DNA of 64,000 nucleotides from Candidatus Cryptobacteroides sp. (GCA_045598165.1 JAZLLN010000088.1:56588-120587), one strand, 5' to 3'. Positions 40,046 to 50,442 are shown, numbered from the stretch's first letter. Notes: generated from the letters alone by a model not told the origin. Numbers and translations: made by a program.

Positions 40046-43000
40046 TTATTTCTTGTTTGCCTTTTTGGCAGCCTTCACTGAGGAATCGTACATAACAGGA
40101 GTACCTATCATGATAGATGCATAGGTTCCGATGCAGATACCGAGGATGAGGGCCACTGCAAGACCGCGGATGCTCTCACCGCCCCAGATGGCGATAGCAA
40201 TCATGGGAAGGAGAGTGGACACTGAGGTGTTGACCGTACGGGTGAGGGTCTGGTTGAGCGAAGTATTGACGTTCTCCTTGAAGTCTCCGTTGGGATGCAG
40301 GCCGAGGTTTTCACGGATACGGTCGAAGATAACCACGTTATCGTTGATGGCGTAACCGATAATCGTCAGGATAGCGGCGATGAATGTCTGGTCAACGTCA
40401 AGGTTGAACGGGAGTATTCCGCTGAACAGGGAGAAGAATCCGATGATGATGATGGAGGTGTGGGCAAGTGAGACCACGCCGCCGAGACCCCAGGTCCAAC
40501 CTTTGAAACGGAATGCAATGTATCCGAAGATGATGAGGAGTGCGAGGAGCACTGAAATCACTGCGGAGCGCTTGATGTCGTTTGCTATTGAAGCGCCAAC
40601 CTTGTCGGAACTGATGATACCGTTGGGGTTGTCGAGGGTTGACACGAAGTCGGAGAGTGAGAGCTCTTCTTTGAAGAGACCCTTCAAAGCCTCGTAGAGC
40701 ATTCCTTCTATCTCTGCGTCAACGCTGCTGGATTCATCCTGATATTTGTATGAAGTAGTGATCTTCATCTGGCTTTCTCCACCGAATTGTTTGACCTCAG
40801 CTGATGAGTTGCTGACATTTTCGTCAGCAGCAGCGGCTGTGTTGAACACGTCGAGAACGGCTTCGCGCACCTGCTCGGCCTGAACGGGCTGGTCAAAGCG
40901 CACAACATAGGTACGGCCGCCGGTGAAATCTACACCATAGGTGAATCCCTTTATGCAGATGGATGCGATGGCGATAACGATGAGGGCTCCGGAGATGATG
41001 TAGGAGTACTTGCGTCCGCCAAGGAAGTTGATATGAGTGTTCTTGAGGAAGTTCTTCGTCACATTGTTCTCGAAAGTGATGCTCTTTCCCTTGCTCACGC
41101 GGGCCTCGAAGATGAGGCGGGTGATGAAGATGGAAGTGAGGACGGATGTGATGATACCGATGATGAGGGTGGTAGCGAAGCCCTTGATGGGGCCTGAACC
41201 GAAGAAGAAGAGTACGAAACCGGTGAGGAGGGTTGTCACCTGACCGTCTATGATGGCGGAGTAGGCATTGCTGTATCCGTCATGGATAGCCTTGCCTGGA
41301 CCCTTGCCGGCCTTGAGTTCCTCTTTGATTCGTTCATAGATAATTACGTTGGCATCCACGGCCATACCGAGAGTCAGGACGAGACCTGCGATGCCCGGCA
41401 GGGTAAGAACTGCCCCGAATGAAGCGAGTGTTCCGAACAGGAGAATGACGTTGGTGAGAAGAGCCGCATCGGCTGCAAGACCTGCGCCCTGGTAGAAGAG
41501 AACCATATAGACGAGGACGAGGATGAATGCGATGATGAATGATACGAGACCGCTGTGAATTGACTCTGCACCGAGGGAAGGACCCACAACCTGCTCCTGG
41601 ACGATAGTTGCGGGAGCGGGGAGCTTGCCTGACTTGAGCACGTTCACAAGGTCGGTAGCCTCCTCAACGTCGAAATGACCGGTGATGGAAGATGAACCTC
41701 CGGAAATTTCACCCTGAACGGTAGGATATGAATATACGGTGCCGTCGAGGACGATGGCAATCTGTTTTCCGATATTTTCTTTTGTGAGTCTTGCCCAAGC
41801 ATTCGCGCCCTCGGCGTTCATGGACATCGAGACGGAAGGTTCAGCACCTCTGGTATGCTCATAAACAACCTGTGCGTCAGTGACGACACCTCCGTCAAGA
41901 GGGGCCTTCCCATCGCGGCTGGAAGCCTTGATGGCCACGAGCTCATATGTGTTGTCGCTGATATAGGTTGCAGGCTTGACAGACCACATAGGACGGAATT
42001 CTGCAGGGAAGAGCTCGGCAACCCTGGGATTGTTGAGCATCCTGTTGACCTTAGCGGTATCGATGGCATTGGCATAACCGATGCAGGCGTTTCCACGGGC
42101 CTGTGAGGGCTGGAGAACTGCAAACAGAGGGTTGGCTTTTCTGTATGCCTCGAAGTTGGCTTTGTCCTCGGAATTCTGGTTCTGAATCTCTTCAGCTACG
42201 AGGTCGGTGGCAGCAGCATCGGCTTCAACAGCCTCTTCCGCCTTGACGACGCCCTCATTGTTGAGTTCGGCGAGGAGTTCATTGGCCTCTATGAGGTAAG
42301 GATAGATTTCCTGATTGTCGAATGTTGTCCAGAATTCGAGGGATGCGGTGCCCTGAAGCAGTTTGCGTACACGCTCAGGTTCCTTTACACCGGGAAGCTC
42401 TACAAGGATACGTCCGCTGTTTCCGATTTTCTGGATAGAAGGCTGCGTGACACCGAAACGGTCGATACGGTTACGCAGGACGTTGAATGAGTTGGAAACT
42501 GCGCTTTCGGCCTCGGTCTTGATGACAGAAAGGACTTCTTCATCGCTTGATTCGGGTTTGATGCGGTCGCGCATCTCGTAGGTGCCGAAAATCTGTGAAA
42601 GGCGGGCACCGCCGGAAACTTCTTTCCAGGCCTCCCCGAAGAGAGTGATGAGGTCTGACTGAGAAGACACGCTGCGCTCCTTTGCGAGGGCGAGGGCCTT
42701 GAGGAAGTCAGGATCGGTATTATTGCCTGCCAGAGCCTTTACAAGATCCTCGAGCTGGACCTGAAGCATGACGTTCATACCGCCTTTGAGGTCGAGTCCG
42801 AGATTGATTTCCTTGGCTCTTACATCCTTGTAAGTGTACCCTAAATAAACCTTTTCGGAGGAGATGGAATCTGCGTACCATCTGCTCTGCTCCTTCCTGA
42901 TGGAATCCAGGTAGTATGCCTGGTCCTCTACCGCGATCTTGCTGTATTCAACATTGTTGATGGCTTCTGCCACGGCCTTTTCTCCGGCCTTTTCCGCCTT

Positions 43001-43099
43001 CTTTCCTTCAATGCCGGAAACGAGGCTGAAGGAGAGTTGCCACAGGCAGGCGATGACGAGCAAAATCGCTACAAGTCTGATTGCACCTTTGCTTTGCAT
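40046..43099 (-). CDS. secDF: Protein translocase subunit SecDF (fused)
   Basis: INLGLDLKGG, RIDRFGVTQP, VGPSLG, GMAVDANVIIYERI, GVDFTGG, GYAINDNVVIFDRIRE. Confidence 0.97.
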   Translation of the reverse strand: MQSKGAIRLVAILLVIACLWQLSFSLVSGIEGKKAEKAGEKAVAEAINNVEYSKIAVEDQAYYLDSIRKEQSRWYADSISSEKVYLGYTYKDVRAKEINLGLDLKGGMNVMLQVQLEDLVKALAGNNTDPDFLKALALAKERSVSSQSDLITLFGEAWKEVSGGARLSQIFGTYEMRDRIKPESSDEEVLSVIKTEAESAVSNSFNVLRNRIDRFGVTQPSIQKIGNSGRILVELPGVKEPERVRKLLQGTASLEFWTTFDNQEIYPYLIEANELLAELNNEGVVKAEEAVEADAAATDLVAEEIQNQNSEDKANFEAYRKANPLFAVLQPSQARGNACIGYANAIDTAKVNRMLNNPRVAELFPAEFRPMWSVKPATYISDNTYELVAIKASSRDGKAPLDGGVVTDAQVVYEHTRGAEPSVSMSMNAEGANAWARLTKENIGKQIAIVLDGTVYSYPTVQGEISGGSSSITGHFDVEEATDLVNVLKSGKLPAPATIVQEQVVGPSLGAESIHSGLVSFIIAFILVLVYMVLFYQGAGLAADAALLTNVILLFGTLASFGAVLTLPGIAGLVLTLGMAVDANVIIYERIKEELKAGKGPGKAIHDGYSNAYSAIIDGQVTTLLTGFVLFFFGSGPIKGFATTLIIGIITSVLTSIFITRLIFEARVSKGKSITFENNVTKNFLKNTHINFLGGRKYSYIISGALIVIAIASICIKGFTYGVDFTGGRTYVVRFDQPVQAEQVREAVLDVFNTAAAADENVSNSSAEVKQFGGESQMKITTSYKYQDESSSVDAEIEGMLYEALKGLFKEELSLSDFVSTLDNPNGIISSDKVGASIANDIKRSAVISVLLALLIIFGYIAFRFKGWTWGLGGVVSLAHTSIIIIGFFSLFSGILPFNLDVDQTFIAAILTIIGYAINDNVVIFDRIRENLGLHPNGDFKENVNTSLNQTLTRTVNTSVSTLLPMIAIAIWGGESIRGLAVALILGICIGTYASIMIGTPVMYDSSVKAAKKANKK

Positions 43100-43193
43100 A
43101 ATTGTTTTTGTATGTTATTTATTATCAATATTCGCAAAATAGCCCACAAATTTACGTAAATTTTTCAAAGAAATGAATAAATTTGCAAGAACG

Positions 43194-44312
43194 ATGAAAA
43201 GAAAGTCGATAATCCTCCTGATATATGTCTTTTGCGGGCTCGTGGCATATGGCCAGAATCCGCAGAAAATGTATTCATATGATTTTGACGGAGCTCTTTC
43301 CGAATACAGGGATTCTCTTGAAGCATGCACTGATTCACTGAAGATGACCGCTTTTCTGAAGGCAATCAAATGCGCCGAAAACGGAATAAGCCTTACGGAA
43401 TATTGTCATCAGCCTGTTGTCGTTGCCCGCAAACGTTTTCATAGGGACGAATTTTTCCTGTATTATCCGCTTCAGGACAAGGCCTGGCATGCCGTTCAGA
43501 ACGATACTGCAGGCGTGGTTTTCGATGTCTCCGGGGCGAAGGATACACTTTGCGTCGACAGGAGGGATTCTCTTCTGCTTTATCCTATGACATGTGGGGA
43601 GGAACGTTTTTTTGCCTCCCGGGACCTGTATGGAATGGGAGGATATGATATTTATGTGGAGCATTGGGACAAGGAGACAGGGACATGGGGAGAACCCCAG
43701 AATATGGGATTCCCGTATTCGTCTCCGTTCAATGATTTTCTTTTTATCAATACCGAAGACGGCAAATACAGTATTTTCGCTTCCGACAGGGATTGTCCTT
43801 CAGACAGTGTGAATGTCTATGTGCTTGAGTATGAGCCGAACCCCATACACGGTGCGGTGAGTGATCCGGTGAAACTCAAGGAGATGGCTATGCTCAACCC
43901 TCCTCCGGCCGAAAAAAGGGAAAAGGTATCCGTGTCTTGCGGGAACGAGCCCGATGAACAGACGCGCATATATAAAGGGAAAGTTGCCGAAGTGCGCTCC
44001 TGCCGCAAGGCAGTTGAGGAGATGTCCTGTAATCTGGACAGGATGAGGGAATCTTATTCGTCCGCTCAGGCTGATGAGAAAGCGAAACTGGAAGAAGCCC
44101 TTATGGAAGGGGAAATGGCGTTGACTTCGCTGAGAGCGACTTTGGACAGGGCTTCCAGAGAACTGCAGAACATTGAGATGGATTTCCTTTTGAACGGGGT
44201 GGAGATAAAATTGGGGGCCGAAGCGGAGGAAGTTGAAACCGGGACCCCTACGCGTGAATTCAAATTTGAGAAGAAGCAGTTCGGGTCACCTCTGTTTGTA
44301 AAATTCCAATAA
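43194..44312 (+). CDS. Hypothetical exported protein with PD40/TolB-like repeats and coiled-coil C-terminus
   Basis: Signal peptide; FASRDLYGMGGYDIY, PQNMGFPYSSPFND, IFASDR. TAAATTTG at 43178-43185 supports ATG 43194. Confidence 0.65.
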   Translation: MKRKSIILLIYVFCGLVAYGQNPQKMYSYDFDGALSEYRDSLEACTDSLKMTAFLKAIKCAENGISLTEYCHQPVVVARKRFHRDEFFLYYPLQDKAWHAVQNDTAGVVFDVSGAKDTLCVDRRDSLLLYPMTCGEERFFASRDLYGMGGYDIYVEHWDKETGTWGEPQNMGFPYSSPFNDFLFINTEDGKYSIFASDRDCPSDSVNVYVLEYEPNPIHGAVSDPVKLKEMAMLNPPPAEKREKVSVSCGNEPDEQTRIYKGKVAEVRSCRKAVEEMSCNLDRMRESYSSAQADEKAKLEEALMEGEMALTSLRATLDRASRELQNIEMDFLLNGVEIKLGAEAEEVETGTPTREFKFEKKQFGSPLFVKFQ

Positions 44313-44317
44313 TATTT

Positions 44318-45046
44318 ATGGACTATTCGGAAATCAAGAACAGCTGCGTATCGTGGATACGTGACTGGTTTGACAGGAACGGGAAAGATTGCTGTGCCGT
44401 GTTGGGAATGAGCGGAGGAAAGGACAGTACCGTTGCCGCCGCATTGTGTGCGGAGGCTCTCGGATGCAGCCGTGTCATAGGAGTGGCGATGCCGGCTGAA
44501 GGGCAGAGCCTGAATGATGCCGACGAGATATGCCGCTGGATAGGAATCCGCTATCTCTGCATCCCGATAGGAGATATCATCAATTCTTTTTCATCTCTCA
44601 CCTCTGAACTTGTTCTGTCAAAGCAGGCGGAGCAGAATGTTCCGCCGAGGGTCAGGATGACGGTTCTGTATGCAGTGTCCCAATCTCTGAACGGCAGGGT
44701 GGTGAATACCTGCAACCTGTCGGAAGACTGGGTGGGCTATGCTACCCGCTGGGGTGACAGTGTGGGGGATTTCAGTCCTCTCGGTTCTCTGGTGGTTCAG
44801 GAAATACGTGGTATCGGGCACGCCCTCGGCATTCCTTCAAAATGGGTTGACAAAACTCCCGATGACGGCCTTCCCCACAGTTGCTCGGATGAGCAGAAGT
44901 TCGGTTTCACATACGAAGTTCTGGACCGGTACATAAGGACCGGGGAGTGTGATGATAAGGAAGTGAAGGAGAAGATAGACGGTATGCATCGCCGCAATTG
45001 GTTCAAGATGTCCATGCCCGAAAGTTTCAACCCGTGGGAAAAGTAG
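44318..45046 (+). CDS. nadE: NH3-dependent NAD+ synthetase
   Basis: VLGMSGGKDS, NVPPRVRM, NLSE, GYATRWGD, KTPDDGL, DEQKFGFTY; no glutaminase domain. Confidence 0.93.
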   Translation: MDYSEIKNSCVSWIRDWFDRNGKDCCAVLGMSGGKDSTVAAALCAEALGCSRVIGVAMPAEGQSLNDADEICRWIGIRYLCIPIGDIINSFSSLTSELVLSKQAEQNVPPRVRMTVLYAVSQSLNGRVVNTCNLSEDWVGYATRWGDSVGDFSPLGSLVVQEIRGIGHALGIPSKWVDKTPDDGLPHSCSDEQKFGFTYEVLDRYIRTGECDDKEVKEKIDGMHRRNWFKMSMPESFNPWEK

Positions 45047-46239
45047 CGATTATCGGCGCCGGGGCGTCAGGGTGTTTTTGTGCAGTCAACATAAAGTCTG
45101 TGAGACCTGATGCGGAGGTCTCCGTGTTTGAGGCTGCTCCCGGTCCGATGGCAAAGTTGTCCCTTACCGGTGGCGGCCGTTGCAATCTTACGAATACATT
45201 TTCCAGTATTGACAATCTCCGTGAAGTATATCCGCGGGGATTCAATCTGACGAAGAGAACTTTTTCTTCTTTCGGTCCTGAGGAATGTCGCGCCTGGTTC
45301 GAAAAGGAAGGCGTGCGTCTTTATGCTCAGGCTGATGGAAGGGTTTTTCCGAGTTCCGATGATGCAATGGAGATTGTCGGCCTGCTGGCGGACAGAATGC
45401 GGAGAACCGGAGTTGAACTTCATTGCCGGCACAGGGTTATCGGCCTCAGAAAAGAAGAAAAGTTTATTCTTGACTTCGACGGCAGGCCTTCGTTCGAGGC
45501 GGATGTCGTTGTGGTGGCAAGCGGAGGAGGAACTGCCGGATTGCTCGGAAATCTGGGTTTGAAAACGGTTCCGCAGGTTCCTTCCCTGTTTTCGTTCAGG
45601 ATAGATGATGCTCCCTTGACCTCACTTATGGGTACTGTGGTCCCCAAAACGATTCTCGGTCTTGCAGGAACGAATTTCAGAGCGGAAGGAGAAATGCTTG
45701 TTACCGATTGGGGTGTGAGCGGCCCTGCAGTGTTGAGGTTGAGTTCTTATGCCGCCCGCAGGCTGGCGGAAATGAACTATATGGCGGATTTGACGGTGAA
45801 CTGGTTTGGAAGCGGTGAAGAAGAGGTTCGGAAATGGTTGCAGGGAGTAGCCGGGGAAAACGGACATAAGCAGGTCAGCAGCATCCATCCTGAAGGAATC
45901 AGCAACCGTACATGGAGGCATATCCTTTCCAGGGCCGGAATCCGTGAGGATTTGCGCTGGTCTGAACTGGGCACGAAGGGTGCCAACAGATGTGTTGCAT
46001 CAATCACTTCGGATACATATTCCATAACGGGGAGATGCAGATTCAAGGATGAATTCGTGACTTGCGGAGGAGTCAATCTTTCGGAAGTCAGTGCAAACAC
46101 GATGGAATCCAGAAAGATATCGGGGCTTTTCCTCACCGGCGAGGTGCTTGATGTGGATGCGGTGACAGGAGGTTTCAATCTGCAGGCTGCGTGGAGTACG
46201 GCTTATGTTGCAGGAGTGACAATTACGGAAAGAATTTAG
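45034..46239 (+). CDS. HI0933/BaiN-family flavoprotein
   Basis: IIGAGASG, KLSLTGGGRCNLTN, GRVFP, GEMLVTDWGVSGPAVL, GEVLDVDAVTGGFNLQAAW. GTG start inferred. Confidence 0.9.
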   Translation: MGKVAIIGAGASGCFCAVNIKSVRPDAEVSVFEAAPGPMAKLSLTGGGRCNLTNTFSSIDNLREVYPRGFNLTKRTFSSFGPEECRAWFEKEGVRLYAQADGRVFPSSDDAMEIVGLLADRMRRTGVELHCRHRVIGLRKEEKFILDFDGRPSFEADVVVVASGGGTAGLLGNLGLKTVPQVPSLFSFRIDDAPLTSLMGTVVPKTILGLAGTNFRAEGEMLVTDWGVSGPAVLRLSSYAARRLAEMNYMADLTVNWFGSGEEEVRKWLQGVAGENGHKQVSSIHPEGISNRTWRHILSRAGIREDLRWSELGTKGANRCVASITSDTYSITGRCRFKDEFVTCGGVNLSEVSANTMESRKISGLFLTGEVLDVDAVTGGFNLQAAWSTAYVAGVTITERI

Positions 46240-46247
46240 TATATTTG
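46240..46247 (+). promoter_or_regulatory. -7 promoter element (TATATTTG), probable promoter of the 46254-55384 gene run
   Basis: TAnnTTTG match 6 nt upstream of ATG 46254; downstream gaps are all 11 nt or less through 55384. Confidence 0.6.
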
Positions 46248-46253
46248 TAAGTT

Positions 46254-47048
46254 ATGATAATTCTCATCACGGGAATAACGTCAGGATTCGGCAAGGCGAT
46301 GGCTGAAAGACTGAGTGCCGACGGGCACAAGGTGTTCGGAACATTCCGCAAGGAATGTGACAGGATACCGGGGGTGACGTACCTCAAAGCTGATGTGCAG
46401 AATGAGGAAAACTGCAAAGCTGCTGTTGACAGCGTGGTCGCCGCTGAAGGTAGGATAGATGTTTTCATCAACAATGCAGGGATGGGGATAGGCGGTCCGC
46501 TGGAGTTCTGTTCCCTTGAGGATGCTCAGCTCCAGATGGATACCAACTTTATGGGAATGGTGCGTTTCCTGCATTTTGTTCTTCCGGTAATGAGAAATCA
46601 GGGTTCAGGAAAGATATTGTGTTTCAGCTCGATAGGCGGCCTTATGGGTCTGCCGTTCCAAGGCTTGTACAGTGCCAGCAAGTTTGCCATTGAAGGGTAT
46701 TGCGAGGCTTTGAGAATGGAAGTGAAGAGTTTCGGGATAGATGTTGTGGTGATAGAACCCGGAGACTTTGCCACAAAGTTCACGGCACAACGCAAATCTG
46801 TGACGGACGGAGAGGCTTATAGAATTTACAGAACCTACGCCGAGTCTCTGGCCAGCATAGAGAATGATGAACAGACGGGTCTGAAACCTGAATATCTTGC
46901 CGGGAAAATCAGCAGGATAGTGATGAAAAAGCATCCTGCCTGTTCTTATGTAATATCAACTTTCGAACAGTATCTTTCCACTGTTCTCAAGAGAGTTCTG
47001 CCTGCAAGATGGTTCTCGGCCATTCTCAGCAGTTATTATAAACTTTAA
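46254..47048 (+). CDS. Short-chain dehydrogenase/reductase
   Basis: TGITSGFG, NNAG, SSIGG, YSASK. Confidence 0.9.
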   Translation: MIILITGITSGFGKAMAERLSADGHKVFGTFRKECDRIPGVTYLKADVQNEENCKAAVDSVVAAEGRIDVFINNAGMGIGGPLEFCSLEDAQLQMDTNFMGMVRFLHFVLPVMRNQGSGKILCFSSIGGLMGLPFQGLYSASKFAIEGYCEALRMEVKSFGIDVVVIEPGDFATKFTAQRKSVTDGEAYRIYRTYAESLASIENDEQTGLKPEYLAGKISRIVMKKHPACSYVISTFEQYLSTVLKRVLPARWFSAILSSYYKL

Positions 47049-47059
47049 ATCACACGATT

Positions 47060-47881
47060 ATGCGAAAACTTCTTTTGCTGCCTCTGGCCATAATGATGGC
47101 CGCCTGTTCGTCTCAGGAACTTCAGGTTATGTCTTTCAACATCCGCCACGGTCTTGCCAACGACGGGGAGAATTCCTGGTCAAATCGTTGCCCCGCCACG
47201 ATTGCGATGCTGCAGGACCGGAAGCCGGATATTTTCGGTCTTCAGGAGGCGCGTGATTTTCAGATAGATTACATTTCAGAGAATCTTCCCGAGTACAGCA
47301 ATGTGGGAGTCGGCCGAGATGACGGAATCCGCGAAGGAGAGACAATGGCGATATTCTGGAACACATCCAAGATTGATCTTCTGGATTGGGGTACCTATTG
47401 GCTCTCGGAGACTCCTGAAGTGCCGTCAAAAGGATGGGATGCCGCCTGCATCCGTACCGCTACATGGTCGAAACTTAAAATGAAGGATAGTGGCAGGGAA
47501 TTCTTTTATGTCAACACGCATCTTGACCACATCGGGCCCATGGCACAGAAAAACGGTCTTGCCCTCATCGTCGAAAGGATTGCGACAATGAATCCCGACG
47601 GCATTCCTATGATTCTCACCGGAGACTTCAACGTGACGGCTGACAACCCCTGTCTGGAAGATCTCGACAACATGATGAAGAGCGCCCGTGTGGAGGCTCC
47701 GCATACCGACAACAGCATCACCTACAATGCCTGGGGCAATGAGGAGAATTCCTGCGTGATTGACTATATCTACTATTCAGGATTCGAGTCCTGTGACAAT
47801 TTCAAGGTAGTCAACCAGTCCTATGCCGGCATACCTTATGTCTCGGACCATTATCCCGTAACGACTACGCTGAAATTCTAG
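47060..47881 (+). CDS. EEP-family lipoprotein (phosphoesterase)
   Basis: Lipobox MAAC; MSFNIR, GLQE, VNTHLDH, GDFN, IDYI, SDHYP. Confidence 0.88.
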   Translation: MRKLLLLPLAIMMAACSSQELQVMSFNIRHGLANDGENSWSNRCPATIAMLQDRKPDIFGLQEARDFQIDYISENLPEYSNVGVGRDDGIREGETMAIFWNTSKIDLLDWGTYWLSETPEVPSKGWDAACIRTATWSKLKMKDSGREFFYVNTHLDHIGPMAQKNGLALIVERIATMNPDGIPMILTGDFNVTADNPCLEDLDNMMKSARVEAPHTDNSITYNAWGNEENSCVIDYIYYSGFESCDNFKVVNQSYAGIPYVSDHYPVTTTLKF

Positions 47882-47885
47882 GCTG

Positions 47886-49331
47886 ATGAAAAGACTGTTT
47901 GCAATTCTCACGTCACTTGCATTGCTTGTGGCAGTGGATGCCGGGGCGAAGATAACGTTCCCCTCGGTCATAAGCGACAATATGGTCCTTCAGCAGCAGA
48001 CCGAAGTTGCATTGTGGGGAAAGGCTGTGCCGGGCAAGACCGTGACAGTCAAGGCCGGTTGGGCAAAATCTCCCATAAGGACTGTCGCAGATTCTGAAAC
48101 CGGGAAATGGTCGGTGCGCATCTCAACGCCTGCTGCGGGTGGTCCGTATGAGATTACAGTCAGTGACGGAGAGGCTGTGACGCTGAAGAATGTCCTTGTC
48201 GGTGAGGTTTGGTTCTGCTCGGGCCAGTCCAATATGGAAATGCCTGTGAAGGGATATAATTCCCAACCGGCGAAGGGCGCGACTGAATTCATAGTGGGAG
48301 CGAAGGCTTCCCGCCCCATCAGAATCTGCAACATCAAGAAGAAATCTTCCAGGACTGTTGAAGAAGTCTCCGAAGGCAGCTGGGAAGAGCATGTCCCTTC
48401 CGTTGTGGCAAAGACCAGCGCCACGGCTTATTTCTTTGCCGAAGCTCTTCAGTCCGCCATTGATGTGCCTGTAGGCATCATTGTTTCCAGTTGGGGAGGC
48501 AGCAGCATCGAGACCTGGATCCCCCGTGAAGTGATAGCGAAGGATTTCCCCGAGTTCGACCTCAAGTTCCTGGATGACCCTTCCATAGAGGTTCACAACT
48601 ATCAGGCTCCCAGCCTTCTGTTCAACGGTCAGGTAGCTCCTCTTGTCCCTTATACCTTCAAGGGAATGATATGGTATCAGGGTGAGACCAACCGTTTCCG
48701 TCCCGCACAGTACATCCGTCTTCAGACAGCGTATGTTCAGGCAATGAGGGATATTTTCCAAGTTCCCGACGCTCCTTTCTACTTTGCTCAGATTGCTCCG
48801 TTCAAATACGGTGACGGCACCAATTGCGAACTGGGATATTTCAACGAAGCCCAGCAGAAGACTTTGGACTGCATTCCTCACAGCGGCATGGCGGTTCTCT
48901 GCGACATAGGTGAATTCGGTACGATACATCCCTGTGAGAAGCGGAAAGTCGGTCAGAGACTGGCTTATCTGGCCATGAGGCACGACTATGGCTTTGATTT
49001 CCTCGAGGCTGACGCTCCCCTCTATACGGGAGTGGAATTCAAGGAAGGCAAGGCTTACGTGAGTTTCAGCACGGGAACGGGACTTTCTCCGATGGGATGT
49101 GAACTCGGTGGATTCGAAATGGCCGGTGCCGACAAGGTTTATCACAAGGCGGTGGGAGAACTTTCAGGAAAGGACAACAGGGTAATCGTGGTAAGCTGCG
49201 CTGAAGTCCCGGAACCTGTTGCAGTCCGTTACTGTTTCCGTGACTGGAGTGAAGGTTCGGTATATAACAATTATGGAATTCCGGTTGCCCCGTTCCGTTC
49301 CGACGACTGGGCGAGGGAGGATGTTGAATGA
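47886..49331 (+). CDS. Sialate O-acetylesterase (SASA/SGNH) family protein
   Basis: Signal peptide; DNMVLQQ, GEVWFCSGQSNM, WGGSSIETW, WYQGE, IHP. Confidence 0.88.
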   Translation: MKRLFAILTSLALLVAVDAGAKITFPSVISDNMVLQQQTEVALWGKAVPGKTVTVKAGWAKSPIRTVADSETGKWSVRISTPAAGGPYEITVSDGEAVTLKNVLVGEVWFCSGQSNMEMPVKGYNSQPAKGATEFIVGAKASRPIRICNIKKKSSRTVEEVSEGSWEEHVPSVVAKTSATAYFFAEALQSAIDVPVGIIVSSWGGSSIETWIPREVIAKDFPEFDLKFLDDPSIEVHNYQAPSLLFNGQVAPLVPYTFKGMIWYQGETNRFRPAQYIRLQTAYVQAMRDIFQVPDAPFYFAQIAPFKYGDGTNCELGYFNEAQQKTLDCIPHSGMAVLCDIGEFGTIHPCEKRKVGQRLAYLAMRHDYGFDFLEADAPLYTGVEFKEGKAYVSFSTGTGLSPMGCELGGFEMAGADKVYHKAVGELSGKDNRVIVVSCAEVPEPVAVRYCFRDWSEGSVYNNYGIPVAPFRSDDWAREDVE

Positions 49332-50440
49332 TTATGGCAGACAGCCTGGAAAAATACGGTCTGGATCTCCACTGTACGATGATTCTCGAGGAATACCGCG
49401 GGAATCTTGATGTGTTTGAGAAAATCAGGAGCATAGCATGCGACATCCTGAAGAAGAACATATCCGACAACGGAATATACCTGAATGCCATCGAGTCCAG
49501 GGTGAAGACTGAGAAAAGCCTTGCCGGCAAACTGGAACTCAAGGGGTCGAAGTATTCCTCCCTTGATGACATCACCGATATCGTGGGTCTGAGGGTCATA
49601 ACGTTCTACAGTGATGAGGTTGACAAGATTTCCGCCATGGTGGACAGGCTGTTTGAAATAGACTGGACGAACAGCGTGGACAAGCGCAAGATGCACGAAC
49701 TCGACAGTTTCGGCTACAATTCGTTGCACTACGTCTGCAGGATTCCAAAAACGCTGTATAATGATCCCGAGCATCCTGAGATCAACACGTACAGACTGGA
49801 AATTCAGATGCGGACGGCTCTCCAGCACGTCTGGGCTACAATGTACCACGATACCGGTTATAAATCCGGAGTTGAGGTCCCAAAAGAATATCTCCGCAAT
49901 CTCAACAGGCTTGCCGGTATGATGGAACTGGCTGACGAGCAGTTCAGTCTGATAAGGACCAATATCAACAACTACAGACGCGGGGTGCAGAAGCTGGTGT
50001 CAAGCGGCCGTTTCGATGACGTGCCTCTTAACGGAGACTCTTTCAAAAGTTATCTTGAACTCAGGCCTTTCGACAAATTGGTCAAGAAGATAGCGGCTAT
50101 CAACCAGGCCGAAATCCACGAATCATCCATACTTCCCTACCTTCAGGTATTCAAACATTTCAACTTTGAGACGCTCGGCGATGTTGACAGGTTCATCAAG
50201 GAGAATAGTGATGATGCCTATAATCTCGCTGTATATCAGATAGGAAACACTGATTTGGACATTATCTCTTCCACGGTTGCCGTCCAGGACCTTTGTGTCG
50301 TCTGTATCCTGAAGAAAAAAGGTGGAGTCGGAGGTCTCAAGCGGATGTTCGACATTCTTGGCGGACGTTCCGATTACAACGAGGCAAGGGCGGAGAGAAT
50401 TGTGGAGACAGCCAGGCAGTTACCTTTTATGAATGAATAG
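49328..50440 (+). CDS. Small alarmone synthetase (RelA/SpoT synthetase-only protein) with C-terminal extension
   Basis: RVKTEKSLAGKL, DIVGLRVI, GYNSLHY, EIQMRT, QHVWATMYHDTGYK; no HD, TGS or ACT domain. Start may be ATG 49334. Confidence 0.88.
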   Translation: MIMADSLEKYGLDLHCTMILEEYRGNLDVFEKIRSIACDILKKNISDNGIYLNAIESRVKTEKSLAGKLELKGSKYSSLDDITDIVGLRVITFYSDEVDKISAMVDRLFEIDWTNSVDKRKMHELDSFGYNSLHYVCRIPKTLYNDPEHPEINTYRLEIQMRTALQHVWATMYHDTGYKSGVEVPKEYLRNLNRLAGMMELADEQFSLIRTNINNYRRGVQKLVSSGRFDDVPLNGDSFKSYLELRPFDKLVKKIAAINQAEIHESSILPYLQVFKHFNFETLGDVDRFIKENSDDAYNLAVYQIGNTDLDIISSTVAVQDLCVVCILKKKGGVGGLKRMFDILGGRSDYNEARAERIVETARQLPFMNE

Positions 50441-50442
50441 TT

